Below, in pieces: positions 27,213 through 36,086 of a stretch of DNA of 60,606 nt. Under the pieces are notes generated by a model. It had not been told where the DNA came from, ran no database searches, and worked only from the letters and a program-made list of their open reading frames with translations. The position numbers were made by a program, and so were the translations under genes. The stretch comes from Bacteroidota bacterium (GTDB taxonomy: Bacteria > Bacteroidota > Bacteroidia > Bacteroidales > GCA-2748055), in NCBI GenBank assembly GCA_002748055.1, contig PDRI01000097.1, positions 1 through 60,606 on the forward strand. The letters run 5' to 3'. Position 1 is the first letter of the stretch. Each line of letters begins with the position of its first letter.

Positions 27213-28763
27213 ATGGTCGACGAAAAAATAGTATCTTGGCCGCTTATCTTTCACGAGTTGATGGACCATTCCGTGCAGCGTTCTCCAAGCCTGCTTCAGG
27301 CACTCATTCCCGTTGGGGTGCTAATTACTTTACTGATACTGAATGTTATCCATTTCGGGGATCGTACCCTGGACGGGGCGAACCAGTTTGCACTTATTCT
27401 GGCTTCCGCAGTAACCAGCATCATTGCCATCCGGCTGGGTATCCGCTGGACCGAGATCAGGAGCCGAATGGTGAAGAGCATCTCCTCGGCCATGCCCTCC
27501 ATCCTTATTCTTCTGATGATCGGAGCCCTGGCAGGAACCTGGTTGCTCAGCGGAGTCGTTCCCACCCTTATCTATTATGGGCTGAAAGTCTTCCACCCAA
27601 AGATTTTCCTCTTTGCGACAGTCATCATTGCAGGCATGGTCTCCCTGGCAACCGGGTCCAGCTGGTCGACAGTCGCAACCATTGGCATTGCCCTGATCGG
27701 TGTCGGGCAGGCCCTGGGTATCCATGAAGGGCTGATTGCAGGAGCGGTTATCTCGGGAGCCTACTTCGGAGATAAGATGTCGCCCCTTTCAGACACCACA
27801 AACCTTGCGCCCGCTATGGCGGGAACCGATCTCTTCACCCATATTCGCTACATGACCATCACCACGGTCCCTGCGATGGCCGCCACCCTGATCATCTTCC
27901 TCATCATTGGTTTCACCTACAATTTTGAATCTACCCCCGACGATATACAGATTGTGCTTTCGGCCATCGAGTCCCAGTTCCACATCACACCCTGGCTGAT
28001 GCTCGTCCCGGCTTTTCTGATCATCATCATCATCAGGAAGGTCCCTCCCCTTCCTGCCCTGCTCGCCGGCTCATTGCTGGGGGGCATCTTCGCCATTGTT
28101 TTTCAGCCACATCTGATACAGGAAGTGGCCAGCACCCTGGAACCCGGCAGTCACGGAGCTTTTAAGTCGGCCTACCTCTCGGTGATGCAATCGATCTTTG
28201 GAGACATTGCCATCGTTACCGACAATGCGATGGTAAATGAATTGCTGTGCAGCTCCGGGATGGCCGGCATGCTGAATACCATCTGGCTCATCCTCTCGGC
28301 CATGGTATTTGGGGGCACCATGGAATCGGCAGGGCTCCTGGTAAAGATCACTTCATCAGTGATTCGCTGGGCCAAATCGACCGGCTCACTGGTTACCACA
28401 ACCATAGCCACCAGCATCTTCTTCAACATCACCGCCTCGGACCAGTACATTGCCATTGTTGTCCCGGGCAGAATGTTTGCCGACACCTATCGCAAACGCG
28501 GACTGAAAGCAGAGCTGCTGAGCCGGACCCTCGAAGACGGAGGGACCATCACCTCCGTCCTGGTACCCTGGAATACCTGTGGTGCTACCCAGTCACGGGT
28601 TCTGGGCGTGGCTACAGTGGACTATCTGCCTTACGCCTTTTTCAATTTCCTGAGCCCCCTGTTCAGCATACTCTTTGCCTATCTCAATTACAAAATCAGA
28701 AGGATCGATCCGGAGGAGGAAATCCATGAAGCCATCTCCGAAGCAGAACGCAAAGACTATTAG
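27213..28763 (+). CDS. nhaC: Na+/H+ antiporter NhaC family
   Basis: About 12 TM segments. PSLLQALIPV near the N-terminus and the GAYFGDKMSPLSDTTNLA motif. An alternative start is MDHSVQ at 27261. Confidence 0.85.
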   Translation: MVDEKIVSWPLIFHELMDHSVQRSPSLLQALIPVGVLITLLILNVIHFGDRTLDGANQFALILASAVTSIIAIRLGIRWTEIRSRMVKSISSAMPSILILLMIGALAGTWLLSGVVPTLIYYGLKVFHPKIFLFATVIIAGMVSLATGSSWSTVATIGIALIGVGQALGIHEGLIAGAVISGAYFGDKMSPLSDTTNLAPAMAGTDLFTHIRYMTITTVPAMAATLIIFLIIGFTYNFESTPDDIQIVLSAIESQFHITPWLMLVPAFLIIIIIRKVPPLPALLAGSLLGGIFAIVFQPHLIQEVASTLEPGSHGAFKSAYLSVMQSIFGDIAIVTDNAMVNELLCSSGMAGMLNTIWLILSAMVFGGTMESAGLLVKITSSVIRWAKSTGSLVTTTIATSIFFNITASDQYIAIVVPGRMFADTYRKRGLKAELLSRTLEDGGTITSVLVPWNTCGATQSRVLGVATVDYLPYAFFNFLSPLFSILFAYLNYKIRRIDPEEEIHEAISEAERKDY

Positions 28764-28782
28764 GAATTCGTATATTAGCACT

Positions 28783-29001
28783 ATGTTTCTGAAGATTCTT
28801 CTACCCGCCTTCATCCTCCTGTGCATAGGCATGCTGGGCATGGCGCTGAGTATTCTGCTAAAGAAAAACGGCCGTTTTCCTGTCTACCAGGTGGGCCACA
28901 ACAAACACATGAAAAAAGCGGGAATCCACTGTGTGAAACACGAGGAGCTCCGTTGCCATAAAAAAAACCCAGAGAAGCAGGGTTGCGCCGGCTGTGTGTA
29001 G
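28783..29001 (+). CDS. Small (72 aa) single-TM protein with Cys4/His-rich tail
   Basis: One hydrophobic helix (FLKILLPAFILLCIGMLGMALSILL), then a basic tail with C50, C58, C68, C71 and five His. It lies 20 nt after nhaC on the same strand. Confidence 0.5.
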   Translation: MFLKILLPAFILLCIGMLGMALSILLKKNGRFPVYQVGHNKHMKKAGIHCVKHEELRCHKKNPEKQGCAGCV

Positions 29002-29009
29002 CCCCCCGC

Positions 29010-31040
29010 TTAATCGGGATAAATCTCAAGCTCTTTTGAAGCCTCTCCCGGTGCCTGCTCTTCCCTGAAAGCATAGGCCGCATTGCTCGACTCAAATTCC
29101 GGAACCACCTGCTTGATGCGGGCAGCAACCTCTGTGTTCCTGAGGCCGGGGACCTCATACAGGAGACTGTGGATGTCTGAAAGCACCTTTTCGTGATTGA
29201 TCCATGAGACCTCGGCCACCTTCACCTTGGGATTGTATGTGGGCAATGTCTTTTCCTTATGAGCCAGCAACTCCTCATAAAGCTTTTCGCCGGGGCGCAG
29301 GCCTGTATACACAATTTTAATCTCCTTATCGGGTGTGTAACCCGACAGACGTATCATATCCCTGGCCAGCTCATCAATCTTCACCGGATCCCCCATATCA
29401 AAGACATAAATCTCACCACCCATCCCCAAAAATGCAGCCTCCAATACAAGCTGACAGGCCTCGGGAATGGTCATAAAGTATCTGGTAATCTCGGGGTGGG
29501 TCACCTTCACCGGTCCTCCCTCCTCAATTTGCTTCTGGAAGATCGGAATGACCGAACCATTCGAGCCCAGTACATTTCCAAAACGGGTGATCACAAACTG
29601 GACCTCATTGCCGGGTTTTACCGACCTGGCCTGCAGGATCATCTCACACATGCGTTTGGATGCACCCATGATATTGGTCGGATTAACGGCCTTATCGGTT
29701 GACACCATCACAAACTTTTCGACACCATAGGTCTGACTCAGTTTCGTCAGAACCATGGTGCTTCTTACATTCACCCGCAAAGCCTCATGGGGATTCGACT
29801 CGAGCAAGGGTACATGCTTGTATGCTGCGGCATGAAAAACCATTTCGGGACGGTACTGATCGAACAGGGATTGCATTTTTATCTGGTCCGTAACATCGGC
29901 CAGGAAGGTCCTGGTCTTGTCGCCAAAACCAGCTTCCTGCAGTTCATTGTTCAGGTGAAACATCGGGGTCTCTGCACTGTCAATCAGAACGAGTTTTTCA
30001 ACATCGAAATTCCTCAACTGCCTCACAATCTCCGAACCAATGGAACCGGCAGCACCGGTTACCAGAATGGTTTTTCCTTTAAGCCCTTCTTCAATAGCCT
30101 TCAGATTCATCTGGATCGTGTCGCGACGCAGAAGGTCCTCCACCCTGATTGGGTGTAATTGCTGCATTTGAAACTGATCGTTCCACCATTCCTGAACCGG
30201 GGGAATATCCAGTACCTCCAATCCCATATCGAGCCCAAACTTCAGAATACCTCTCTTTTCCGATATCTGAATATCCTTTATTGCAAAAATCATCGTACTG
30301 ATATGATGCTTACGAAGGAATTCTTTCGAGAGATACTTGGGGCTGAAAACCGGTATCCCGTTCAGTTTCTTCCCATGCAATCGCATGTTATTGTCGACAA
30401 AGGCCTTGATATTGTATTTCCCGGAAGTGTCTTCTGCCATAACCTTCGACACGATGGTCCCCATAGAACCGGCACCAAAGATGATCACATTTTTGCGTCC
30501 TTTCCTTTGAGGGGTCACAAACTCATAGAACATCTTAATGGCAATCCTGACCGAAAACAGCACAATATTCAGGGTCACAAAATGAATGAGCAGAATCGAA
30601 AGGGGAATGTTGAATGCGCTTACGCGCCCGGAATAGCGATTGATGAGTGTAATCAGAATAAGTGTGAGCAGCCCGGAAGTACTCGCCTGGATGACCTTAA
30701 AGATGTCTTTAACGGTCGTATGCCGGATCAGCTCGGAAAAGGATCTAAACAGGAGTTCGTATCCGCAATAAACAGCGAAAACAAGGATTGACTGTTTGAA
30801 TGCCAGGGCGAAATCAATCCCGGAAGACTCAAAATTGAACCTGAGCAAATAGGAAACGAAAAAGGTCAGAAGGACAGTGCTTCCATCAAAGAGAAAGATC
30901 AGCCACCTGGGAACGGTATATTGCCGGAAGAGGTAAAACACCTTTTCCCGCAGGCTGCTTTTTTTTTGGGGTCTGTCTATGGCCATTTTAGCTTGCGTTC
31001 TAGCTATGAATTTATAAAATCTCCCTGCACTGCTTTTCAA
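29010..31040 (-). CDS. Membrane-anchored CapD/PglF/WbpM-like nucleotide-sugar 4,6-dehydratase
   Basis: Four N-terminal TM helices and two Rossmann motifs (IIFGAGSMG, LVTGAAGSIGSE). Also has the YKHVPLLE and MVSTDKAVNPTNIMGASKR core. An alternative start is at 30986. Confidence 0.85.
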   Translation of the reverse strand: MKSSAGRFYKFIARTQAKMAIDRPQKKSSLREKVFYLFRQYTVPRWLIFLFDGSTVLLTFFVSYLLRFNFESSGIDFALAFKQSILVFAVYCGYELLFRSFSELIRHTTVKDIFKVIQASTSGLLTLILITLINRYSGRVSAFNIPLSILLIHFVTLNIVLFSVRIAIKMFYEFVTPQRKGRKNVIIFGAGSMGTIVSKVMAEDTSGKYNIKAFVDNNMRLHGKKLNGIPVFSPKYLSKEFLRKHHISTMIFAIKDIQISEKRGILKFGLDMGLEVLDIPPVQEWWNDQFQMQQLHPIRVEDLLRRDTIQMNLKAIEEGLKGKTILVTGAAGSIGSEIVRQLRNFDVEKLVLIDSAETPMFHLNNELQEAGFGDKTRTFLADVTDQIKMQSLFDQYRPEMVFHAAAYKHVPLLESNPHEALRVNVRSTMVLTKLSQTYGVEKFVMVSTDKAVNPTNIMGASKRMCEMILQARSVKPGNEVQFVITRFGNVLGSNGSVIPIFQKQIEEGGPVKVTHPEITRYFMTIPEACQLVLEAAFLGMGGEIYVFDMGDPVKIDELARDMIRLSGYTPDKEIKIVYTGLRPGEKLYEELLAHKEKTLPTYNPKVKVAEVSWINHEKVLSDIHSLLYEVPGLRNTEVAARIKQVVPEFESSNAAYAFREEQAPGEASKELEIYPD

Positions 31041-31202
31041 CGAAGTCGCGTATTTGATTAATAGGCCTCAATTGTGGATTTCCAAATTAATTCTTTCAAC
31101 CAAAAGACAGCGAGACCCTCAAACGGCTGGTCCTTGATAATTGATCTTTAGACACAGGAAACAGGCCTTTTATCCTTATTACGAAAGGTTTAGCCAAAAC
31201 GC

Positions 31203-32339
31203 TTAGACAAGCACTCCCCTGATAAGGCCAATGATTCTGTCCAAATCAGCATTCCTGAGCGCAGTACCTGAAGGAAGACACAGCCCCCGGCTGAACAAAG
31301 ATTCGGATACCCCGTTCAGATATGCCGGGCAATCCGAAAACACCGGCTGCAAATGCATGGGTTTCCACAAGGGCCGACTCTCGATGTTATGCTCTTCGAG
31401 ATGAGCCATAAGCGGCTCCCAGCTATACGCTCCGGTTTTAGGGGGAAGTAATACACATGTCAACCATCGGTTTGAGAAAAACCCGGCTTCGGGTTCATCA
31501 TGGAAAACAAGGCCCGGTATGTCGGCCAGTCCCTTCCGATAGGAACTGAAAATATGCCTGGTCTGCGCAATTCGTTCATCGAGCACTTCAAGCTGTCCGC
31601 GACCAATCGCTGCAAGAACATTGCTCATGCGGTAGTTATACCCAATCTGGGTATGATGATAGTAGGGAGCATCCTCCCTTGCCTGTGACGAGAGGAAGCG
31701 GGCTTGCGCTATAAAATCCCCCCTGTTGGACAAGAGCGCCCCGCCTCCGGAGGTTGTAATAATCTTATTCCCATTAAAGGAAAGCATGCTCATTTCACCA
31801 AAAGAAGCCAGAGCCCTGCCCTTGTATTTGCTGCCCAGGGCTTCAGCTGCATCTTCAATCACCGGAATACCATAGTGACAGGCCAGTTCAAGAATCTCAT
31901 CAAGTTTTGCCGGCATGCCGTAAAGATGGACCAGAACGATGGCCTTTGGCTTCTTTCCCAGAGCTATGCGTTCTTCAATGGCCCTGTGCAAGAGCCCGGG
32001 ACTCATGTTCCAGGTCTCTGGCTCGCTGTCGACCAAAACAGGGGTAGCTCCCTGGTAAACAATCGGATTGACCGATGCCGAGAAAGTAAAGCTGGAAACG
32101 ATGACCTCATCTCCGGGCCCTACACCGAGCATGATCAGGGCCAGGTGCAGGGCGGCTGTTCCTGAACTGAGCCCTGCTGCATGTTCCACCCCACAATAAG
32201 CAGCCAGATCGGCCTCAAAGGCATCCAGCTGTGGCCCGAGGGGGGCAATCCAGTTCGAATCAAAGGTTTCGTTTACATACTGCCTTTCCTTTCCTTCGAG
32301 GTGAGGTGGGGACAAAAAAATGCGATCCTGCTTTTTCAT
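31203..32339 (-). CDS. DegT/DnrJ/EryC1-family PLP-dependent sugar aminotransferase (PglE-like)
   Basis: Motifs LSPPHL, VSSFTFSASVNP and the FNGNKIITTSGGGALL PLP-lysine context. Confidence 0.85.
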   Translation of the reverse strand: MKKQDRIFLSPPHLEGKERQYVNETFDSNWIAPLGPQLDAFEADLAAYCGVEHAAGLSSGTAALHLALIMLGVGPGDEVIVSSFTFSASVNPIVYQGATPVLVDSEPETWNMSPGLLHRAIEERIALGKKPKAIVLVHLYGMPAKLDEILELACHYGIPVIEDAAEALGSKYKGRALASFGEMSMLSFNGNKIITTSGGGALLSNRGDFIAQARFLSSQAREDAPYYHHTQIGYNYRMSNVLAAIGRGQLEVLDERIAQTRHIFSSYRKGLADIPGLVFHDEPEAGFFSNRWLTCVLLPPKTGAYSWEPLMAHLEEHNIESRPLWKPMHLQPVFSDCPAYLNGVSESLFSRGLCLPSGTALRNADLDRIIGLIRGVLV

Positions 32340-33413
32340 CTATAAACTCAACAAATCGGTTTCCTTCATAACAATGGGTTGCTCGTCAACATCTCTCAGA
32401 AAAATCAGGTCCTCCTCAAATTCATAGAGTTTGAAGTTCCTGTCAAATGCCGGATCCCCATCAATAACACGGATATAGTCCTCCGGAAGATTCGCTCCTG
32501 CAGCCGCATAGCACTGGTTAAAGGCCACAAAGCGAATATTAACCTCGGTAACCTTGGCCAGGCCTTCCGCATCTTCTTTCAGGTCTACTGTAAAGAACCC
32601 GTGCCTGGGCGCCTTCGTTTCGGCAAATAAAACATCCATGGCCTTTTCCGCAACCCGAAACACCTTTTCATCATTGACCAGTCGTCCGAAAGAAGTATTC
32701 CCCGTAATCCCCGAAGGGGCCACATTCGACATGATGTAGTTTACCCGCTCCGCAATGGCCGAACGTAAAAGCTCACCATTGTGATAGAGCATCTTGCACC
32801 CCAGGTTCCTGCCGGGGAGATACTCGCTGGCCAGAAAATGCTCAACACCCGGATTAATATGCATCCAGTTTTGCAGTTCCTCCACTGAATGCACCTTCAG
32901 CGATCCGAGTCCGCTCGACCCGGAAGCCGATCTGATCCAAAAGGGGAAATCGAGTTTCATCCCGGACAAAATGTCGGAAGGGTCTATTGAAAAAGACTTC
33001 GGAACCAGGCCGTGTGGCTCAAGAACAGCACTCATCGCCGCCTTGTCAAATAAACGCTGTGCCAGCCGGGCATCCGGTATATGGGCCTTACATGGGAGCT
33101 TGTCTGTTTGGGCCCTTTTTGCCCATTCAAGGACTTCCAGTTCGGGCAGAATCACCGCCATTTCAATGTCCTCTTCCCGGATAATTTCCTCGATGACCGG
33201 CCAGTAATCGGAATCTGATGCCGAGGGCACCAGTCTGGTCCTGTCGAAAAGATGCTTCATATAGAGCCCGAAAGCATAGGGACTCCGATCTGTACCCACC
33301 AGATAATAGTCGGCATAGCGACTGTACTTTCTAAGCGCCTGGGCAAAGCTTCTGGGTGTTGGGCCGCCTACGCCGGTAATCAGGATTCGTTTTGAGGGAT
33401 GCTTAGTTGACAT
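32340..33413 (-). CDS. ATP-grasp ligase (A)
   Basis: ILITGVGGPT pre-ATP-grasp segment, FWIRSASGSSGLG, LASEYLPGRNL, and the FFTVDLKEDAEGLAKVTEVNIRF (D...ExN) metal site. Confidence 0.7.
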   Translation of the reverse strand: MSTKHPSKRILITGVGGPTPRSFAQALRKYSRYADYYLVGTDRSPYAFGLYMKHLFDRTRLVPSASDSDYWPVIEEIIREEDIEMAVILPELEVLEWAKRAQTDKLPCKAHIPDARLAQRLFDKAAMSAVLEPHGLVPKSFSIDPSDILSGMKLDFPFWIRSASGSSGLGSLKVHSVEELQNWMHINPGVEHFLASEYLPGRNLGCKMLYHNGELLRSAIAERVNYIMSNVAPSGITGNTSFGRLVNDEKVFRVAEKAMDVLFAETKAPRHGFFTVDLKEDAEGLAKVTEVNIRFVAFNQCYAAAGANLPEDYIRVIDGDPAFDRNFKLYEFEEDLIFLRDVDEQPIVMKETDLLSL

Positions 33414-33416
33414 TAG

Positions 33417-34553
33417 CTATTGTGCATTTGTTTGCTCCCAGGAGAGCGTTTTACATATATTCAGTATTTTTTCTGCCCTTTCCCGGGCACTGTCAAATTT
33501 CTTCAGTTCCTGCAAGCCTTGATCAATCAGCCTTTCCTGCAGGGAAGAATCAGAAACCAGCCTGATAATGGCATCTGTGGCAGAAAGCGGATCCTTTGGG
33601 AAATAGTAAAGGGCAGCATCTCCACAGATATCCCTGGCAAAACCCAGATCGGTGGTTACGATCGGCTTTTTCATAACCATGGCCTCGGGATAGGAGGCCG
33701 AAAAGCACTCTGCCAGAGAAGGTTGAAAAAGGATGTCACTATCCCTGTACAATGCAGGGCAGTCCTCCGGATTAACCCGGCCAAGATTGATCACCCGGTC
33801 CCGGTATTCCGCAGGAACCAGGCCTTGATAATTGGCATCGTCAATCGTGGTAACAAAACGCAGTTTTCTATAGCCCCTTTTCTCAAGTAAGCGAAGAATA
33901 GCGGGAATAATATCCAGATTCTTGTGGGGATAATAGGAAGTGAGCGTAAGCAATCTCCACTCCCCCTCAGCCCTTGGCGGCAGAGGACTGTGCCCCCGGG
34001 CCGGTGCAAGGAAATGATTGCTGTGGTTGTTTGAAACGGTATATACTTTCTCAACGCCAAGCGCTTTCCGCAGCCTCCTGTTTACATCATCGGTCTGCAC
34101 CAGAAAGGCGGTGGCATCGCGCCGAAAAAAGTAAAAATGCAACTTCCTTTTCACAAGCACCCTGAGTCTGCGGTAGAGCGAAAGACTCCAGAAATGGGGC
34201 GAATCAGGATAAATGTACAGTGGCAGGTTGTAGCCCATGAGCTGGGGAGCCTGTGAATGCCAGTACGAAGGGCCACTGGTAGAGACCACACAATCGGGCA
34301 CAATTTGGGCTTCAAGCTTCGAAAGCGCCTTCGAAATCACCCTGCTCTTCTGCAGACTAACAGGGCCAAAAGAAAAGCTGTAGAAATGAAAGTTATCCGG
34401 ATAGTCCTCTTCTTTCAGCGATCTCGCCACCCCCTCCCCAACAAAAACATGGTACTCATGCTCGGGAAAGTGCCTGCATTCATGAATCAGGGAAAGGGCA
34501 ACCTGTATGGCCCCTCCGAAACGCAGGGTAGCCGTATTGAGAATGATCTTCAT
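33417..34553 (-). CDS. GT4 (GT-B) glycosyltransferase
   Basis: C-terminal LFQPSLAECFSASYPEAMVMKKPIVTTD, an EX7E-like motif. Start chosen at MKIILNT. Confidence 0.75.
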   Translation of the reverse strand: MKIILNTATLRFGGAIQVALSLIHECRHFPEHEYHVFVGEGVARSLKEEDYPDNFHFYSFSFGPVSLQKSRVISKALSKLEAQIVPDCVVSTSGPSYWHSQAPQLMGYNLPLYIYPDSPHFWSLSLYRRLRVLVKRKLHFYFFRRDATAFLVQTDDVNRRLRKALGVEKVYTVSNNHSNHFLAPARGHSPLPPRAEGEWRLLTLTSYYPHKNLDIIPAILRLLEKRGYRKLRFVTTIDDANYQGLVPAEYRDRVINLGRVNPEDCPALYRDSDILFQPSLAECFSASYPEAMVMKKPIVTTDLGFARDICGDAALYYFPKDPLSATDAIIRLVSDSSLQERLIDQGLQELKKFDSARERAEKILNICKTLSWEQTNAQ

Positions 34554-34613
34554 CTTTCCTCCCCTTTTAAGCAAGTTTGCCGGGCCTGATGCTCCTTCTG
34601 AGGGGCTGCCTGC

Positions 34614-36065
34614 TCAGGATAAGCCAATAAAGGATCTGACATGGGCAATCTTTCTTTTCTCAAACAACAAGACCATTGTAAAATACAGGGCAAATCCTGC
34701 TAATCCATTAATTACAAACTGTATGTAGGCTTCAAATTCGGGTAAGTACCTGTTCAAAAGAACCAGAACAAGTACCATGGGAATGCAGTAAAGCAACTGC
34801 AAAAGGAAGGTTCTGAAAAAATAATCAGCAGAGACTCCTGAAAACTCCGACCGGACCATCCAAAAGTACTTCACGAAAAAATTCAGCACCCTGGTAGCCA
34901 ATAGAGCAAAGGCTACGACAAGAATACCAAACTGCACTGAAATACCAATCGCCACCATCGTAAGAATAGTCACATAGATCTCCCAGTAAAAGGTCTTGCG
35001 TGGCTTCCCCAGGGCCAGTAAGACCGAACGGAAAGTGTCACCAAGCAGCTCAAAGAGGGCGACGAGTGCCAGAATTTCGACCAGAATGATTGAAGCTTCC
35101 CATTGCGGGCCATAAAGAATCATCACAATGGATTTTGCTGTCAGGGCTATGCCAATCATCAGGGGCGTGGCAAGCAGACTAAGGTATTCCATGGCATCGA
35201 AATAGTACTTCTTTATTTTCTCCCTGTCATCCTGGATTTTCGCGAATGACGGCAGGGCAACCCGGTTCAGAATCGGACGGACATTAAACAAAGGTTGCAG
35301 CACCAGATTATAGGCAATTTCGTAAAAGCCCAGCGCCCCCTCCCCGAGAAAACGCCCAATCAGAATCTTATCTATCCGGCTCCCAAAGTAATTCATAAAC
35401 GTAGTTCCCAGCGTATTCAGACCAAACATCACTTCGTAGCGAACCTCTCTGAGACGAAAAACCAATTGAAGCCGATAATGAATGCGATAGCCGAGCACAA
35501 AAAAGGTGAGGTATCTGAAGCCATGGTCTGCAACCAGTCCCCAGATCAGACTCACCACCCCCTTCCCCATGAAAGCCAAAAGAACAGCAATCGAGGCACC
35601 AAGCAATTTGCCGACAAATTCAATCTTTATAACCGTGTCGAACATGAGTTCTTTCTGGAACATCGACTGGTACATTTTACCGAAAGGAATTACCAAAAAG
35701 ATAATTGAACCCAGAAAAAGCAGTTCGATCAAGCCATCTGTCTTAAAAAACCGCTCTACCGGAGCCGCAGCCAGATTAATCCCCGCAAAAATCAGAATAC
35801 CTATTAACAAAGAGAGAAAAAACAATGTTGAGAATCGCCTCCTGTTCATTTCCTTACTCTGAATCACTGCACTGTTCAGGCCTGCATCTCCGAGTCTCAT
35901 AGAGAAGCCGAGAACAATGTTGGTCATGCTGTACAAACCAAAATCGGCCGGAGTCAGTATGCGGGCAAGGATGGCATACTGAACAATCTGAATGAGAACC
36001 TGCGCCCCCCGCCCTGCGGTAGACCATTTGAGTCCGCTAATTGCTTTCGATCTGATTGTGCCCAC
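34614..36065 (-). CDS. wzx: Wzx-type (MOP superfamily) polysaccharide flippase
   Basis: About 12-14 TM helices, a KWSTAGRGAQVLIQIVQYAILARIL N-terminus, and a position within the glycan cluster. Confidence 0.75.
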   Translation of the reverse strand: MGTIRSKAISGLKWSTAGRGAQVLIQIVQYAILARILTPADFGLYSMTNIVLGFSMRLGDAGLNSAVIQSKEMNRRRFSTLFFLSLLIGILIFAGINLAAAPVERFFKTDGLIELLFLGSIIFLVIPFGKMYQSMFQKELMFDTVIKIEFVGKLLGASIAVLLAFMGKGVVSLIWGLVADHGFRYLTFFVLGYRIHYRLQLVFRLREVRYEVMFGLNTLGTTFMNYFGSRIDKILIGRFLGEGALGFYEIAYNLVLQPLFNVRPILNRVALPSFAKIQDDREKIKKYYFDAMEYLSLLATPLMIGIALTAKSIVMILYGPQWEASIILVEILALVALFELLGDTFRSVLLALGKPRKTFYWEIYVTILTMVAIGISVQFGILVVAFALLATRVLNFFVKYFWMVRSEFSGVSADYFFRTFLLQLLYCIPMVLVLVLLNRYLPEFEAYIQFVINGLAGFALYFTMVLLFEKRKIAHVRSFIGLS

Positions 36066-36086
36066 TAAATCCCTGGAATTTGAAAG

